A stretch of DNA of 64,000 bases from Mobula hypostoma. Lineage: Eukaryota. The stretch spans positions 216,382,001 through 216,446,000 of the forward strand of contig NC_086097.1 of NCBI RefSeq assembly GCF_963921235.1, read 5' to 3'. The position numbers and the translations under genes are program-made. Below, piece after piece: positions 62,994 through 64,000 of this stretch. Below the pieces are notes generated by a model. It worked only from the letters and a program-made list of their open reading frames with translations, was not told the origin of the DNA and searched no databases. The number at the start of each line of letters is the position of its first letter. Within the stretch, counting starts at the first letter, position 1.

Positions 62994-63410
62994 CGTTGTG
63001 GCTATCCCTTGAAGTGGAGGATGATGGTCTTTGTTCTGAAGAAGTGGCCCACAGAGTGAAGATGCCTGTGCGTGTATTTGTTTAACGTGTACTTGATGTC
63101 GCACTCCAAGAAGCACACGATACTTCACAAATCAACCAACTGATTCCAATGGCATGGAAACCATGACGATTGGAGCTGATGGATTTGTTGCAGCCTTCAT
63201 TCGCCTTCACAGCCGTTGAGTACGAAGTAACTTCGTCCACCTGTTCCACCGTTGAGATCTTGGTTGGATTGTTCTTTGTCAGGGACCTCACCCTCGACCT
63301 TACCGCCATAGGTGACCCTAACAGGAGCATAGCTCCAGAAGGCATTGCTCTCAGGATCACAGGACCACACAAGCTTCTCCACCACAACAAGGTGACAATC
63401 CATGGAGAAG
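62994..63410 (-). mobile_element. Bipartite non-autonomous RTE element (5' UTR joined to 3' end)
   Basis: 5' end tcaccttgttgtggtggagaagcttg..gatcctgagagc is RTE-5'UTR-like; no RT. 12-bp TSD acatatttRagt at 62982-62993 / 63411-63422. Confidence 0.8.
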
Positions 63411-64000
63411 ACATATTTGAGTATAACTATAGATTAACCACAACATTTTTAAGGATTACTGAGATTTATAAGGAAAAGACATGAAATAACACACAAAACA
63501 AGCTATTTTTAATCTACATTATTACAGCATCCATTCTTTTACCTCCCCATCACTTCTCACCAGTCATCAATGTCAGCAGATCTACTTGAGGCCAACAAGA
63601 TACCAGCAAAGACAAGGGGAACCATGGCACTGAAACCTCAATAAGTTATGGGAGACTCCAGGTCAAGACCAGAGAGATGGCCGTCACCAGCTGATCTATG
63701 TGCTCTTGGTCTCAGGACTGCAAGTGTCATTGGATTCTTTCAGACCAGTTTCCACTGGACGTGCCCACCCGATAGTAAGGCAATGTATGATTGGAAAGGT
63801 CTCAGGATCAGCTCATTGAGGAAGTCCCTAGATGTGCAAAGGGTCAGCCAAAATTTTGAATAATAGAAAGAACAATGGCCTTCCTGTTTATGTGTTTTGT
63901 ACCTTCCTTACTAAGTGTTACACTTCCACTCTTGCCTTGAAATACATCCATTACCAGCCTTTTTTGACTCCAGTCATTGTGTATACTGCTATCCCTTTAA

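Noticed and set aside
62994..63410. Twister ribozyme in the RTE-related elements
   Set aside because: No GUCCCAAGC-like loop or matching architecture seen here or in 6906-7369.
1..64000. CRISPR array or prokaryotic defence system
   Set aside because: No regularly spaced repeat-spacer array or operon structure; recurring motifs are dispersed retroelement ends in vertebrate-type DNA.

Overview
Eukaryotic, repeat-dense DNA with no host protein-coding gene I can support. The repeat content (CR1 LINEs with short-repeat tails, V-SINE-type SINEs, Rex/Babar LINEs, L1, RTE, Penelope-like elements) points by inference to a cartilaginous fish, probably a ray. Almost every ORF in the track is a decayed retroelement fragment or an antisense by-product. 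The most interesting signal is at the RNA level. At least three Penelope-like element (PLE) families here carry minimal type I hammerhead ribozyme motifs (stem I-CUGANGA-stem II-GAA-ACGU palindromic helix III-cleavage triplet-stem I). Two copies look intact (11494-11531, 18903-18940). Others are hit at CpG positions, and two distant copies share the same 10-nt deletion of the catalytic core. The PLEs also form a 1.5-kb TSD-flanked palindrome (42261-43759) and a series of tiny fold-back elements. A TSD-flanked bipartite RTE element (62994-63410) begins with an HDV-like pseudoknot topology. Nested insertions can be resolved by target-site duplications, for example a CR1 inside a 5'-truncated L1 at 35161-42130. 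Boundaries of old repeats are approximate, and all family names come from motif recognition, not database searches.
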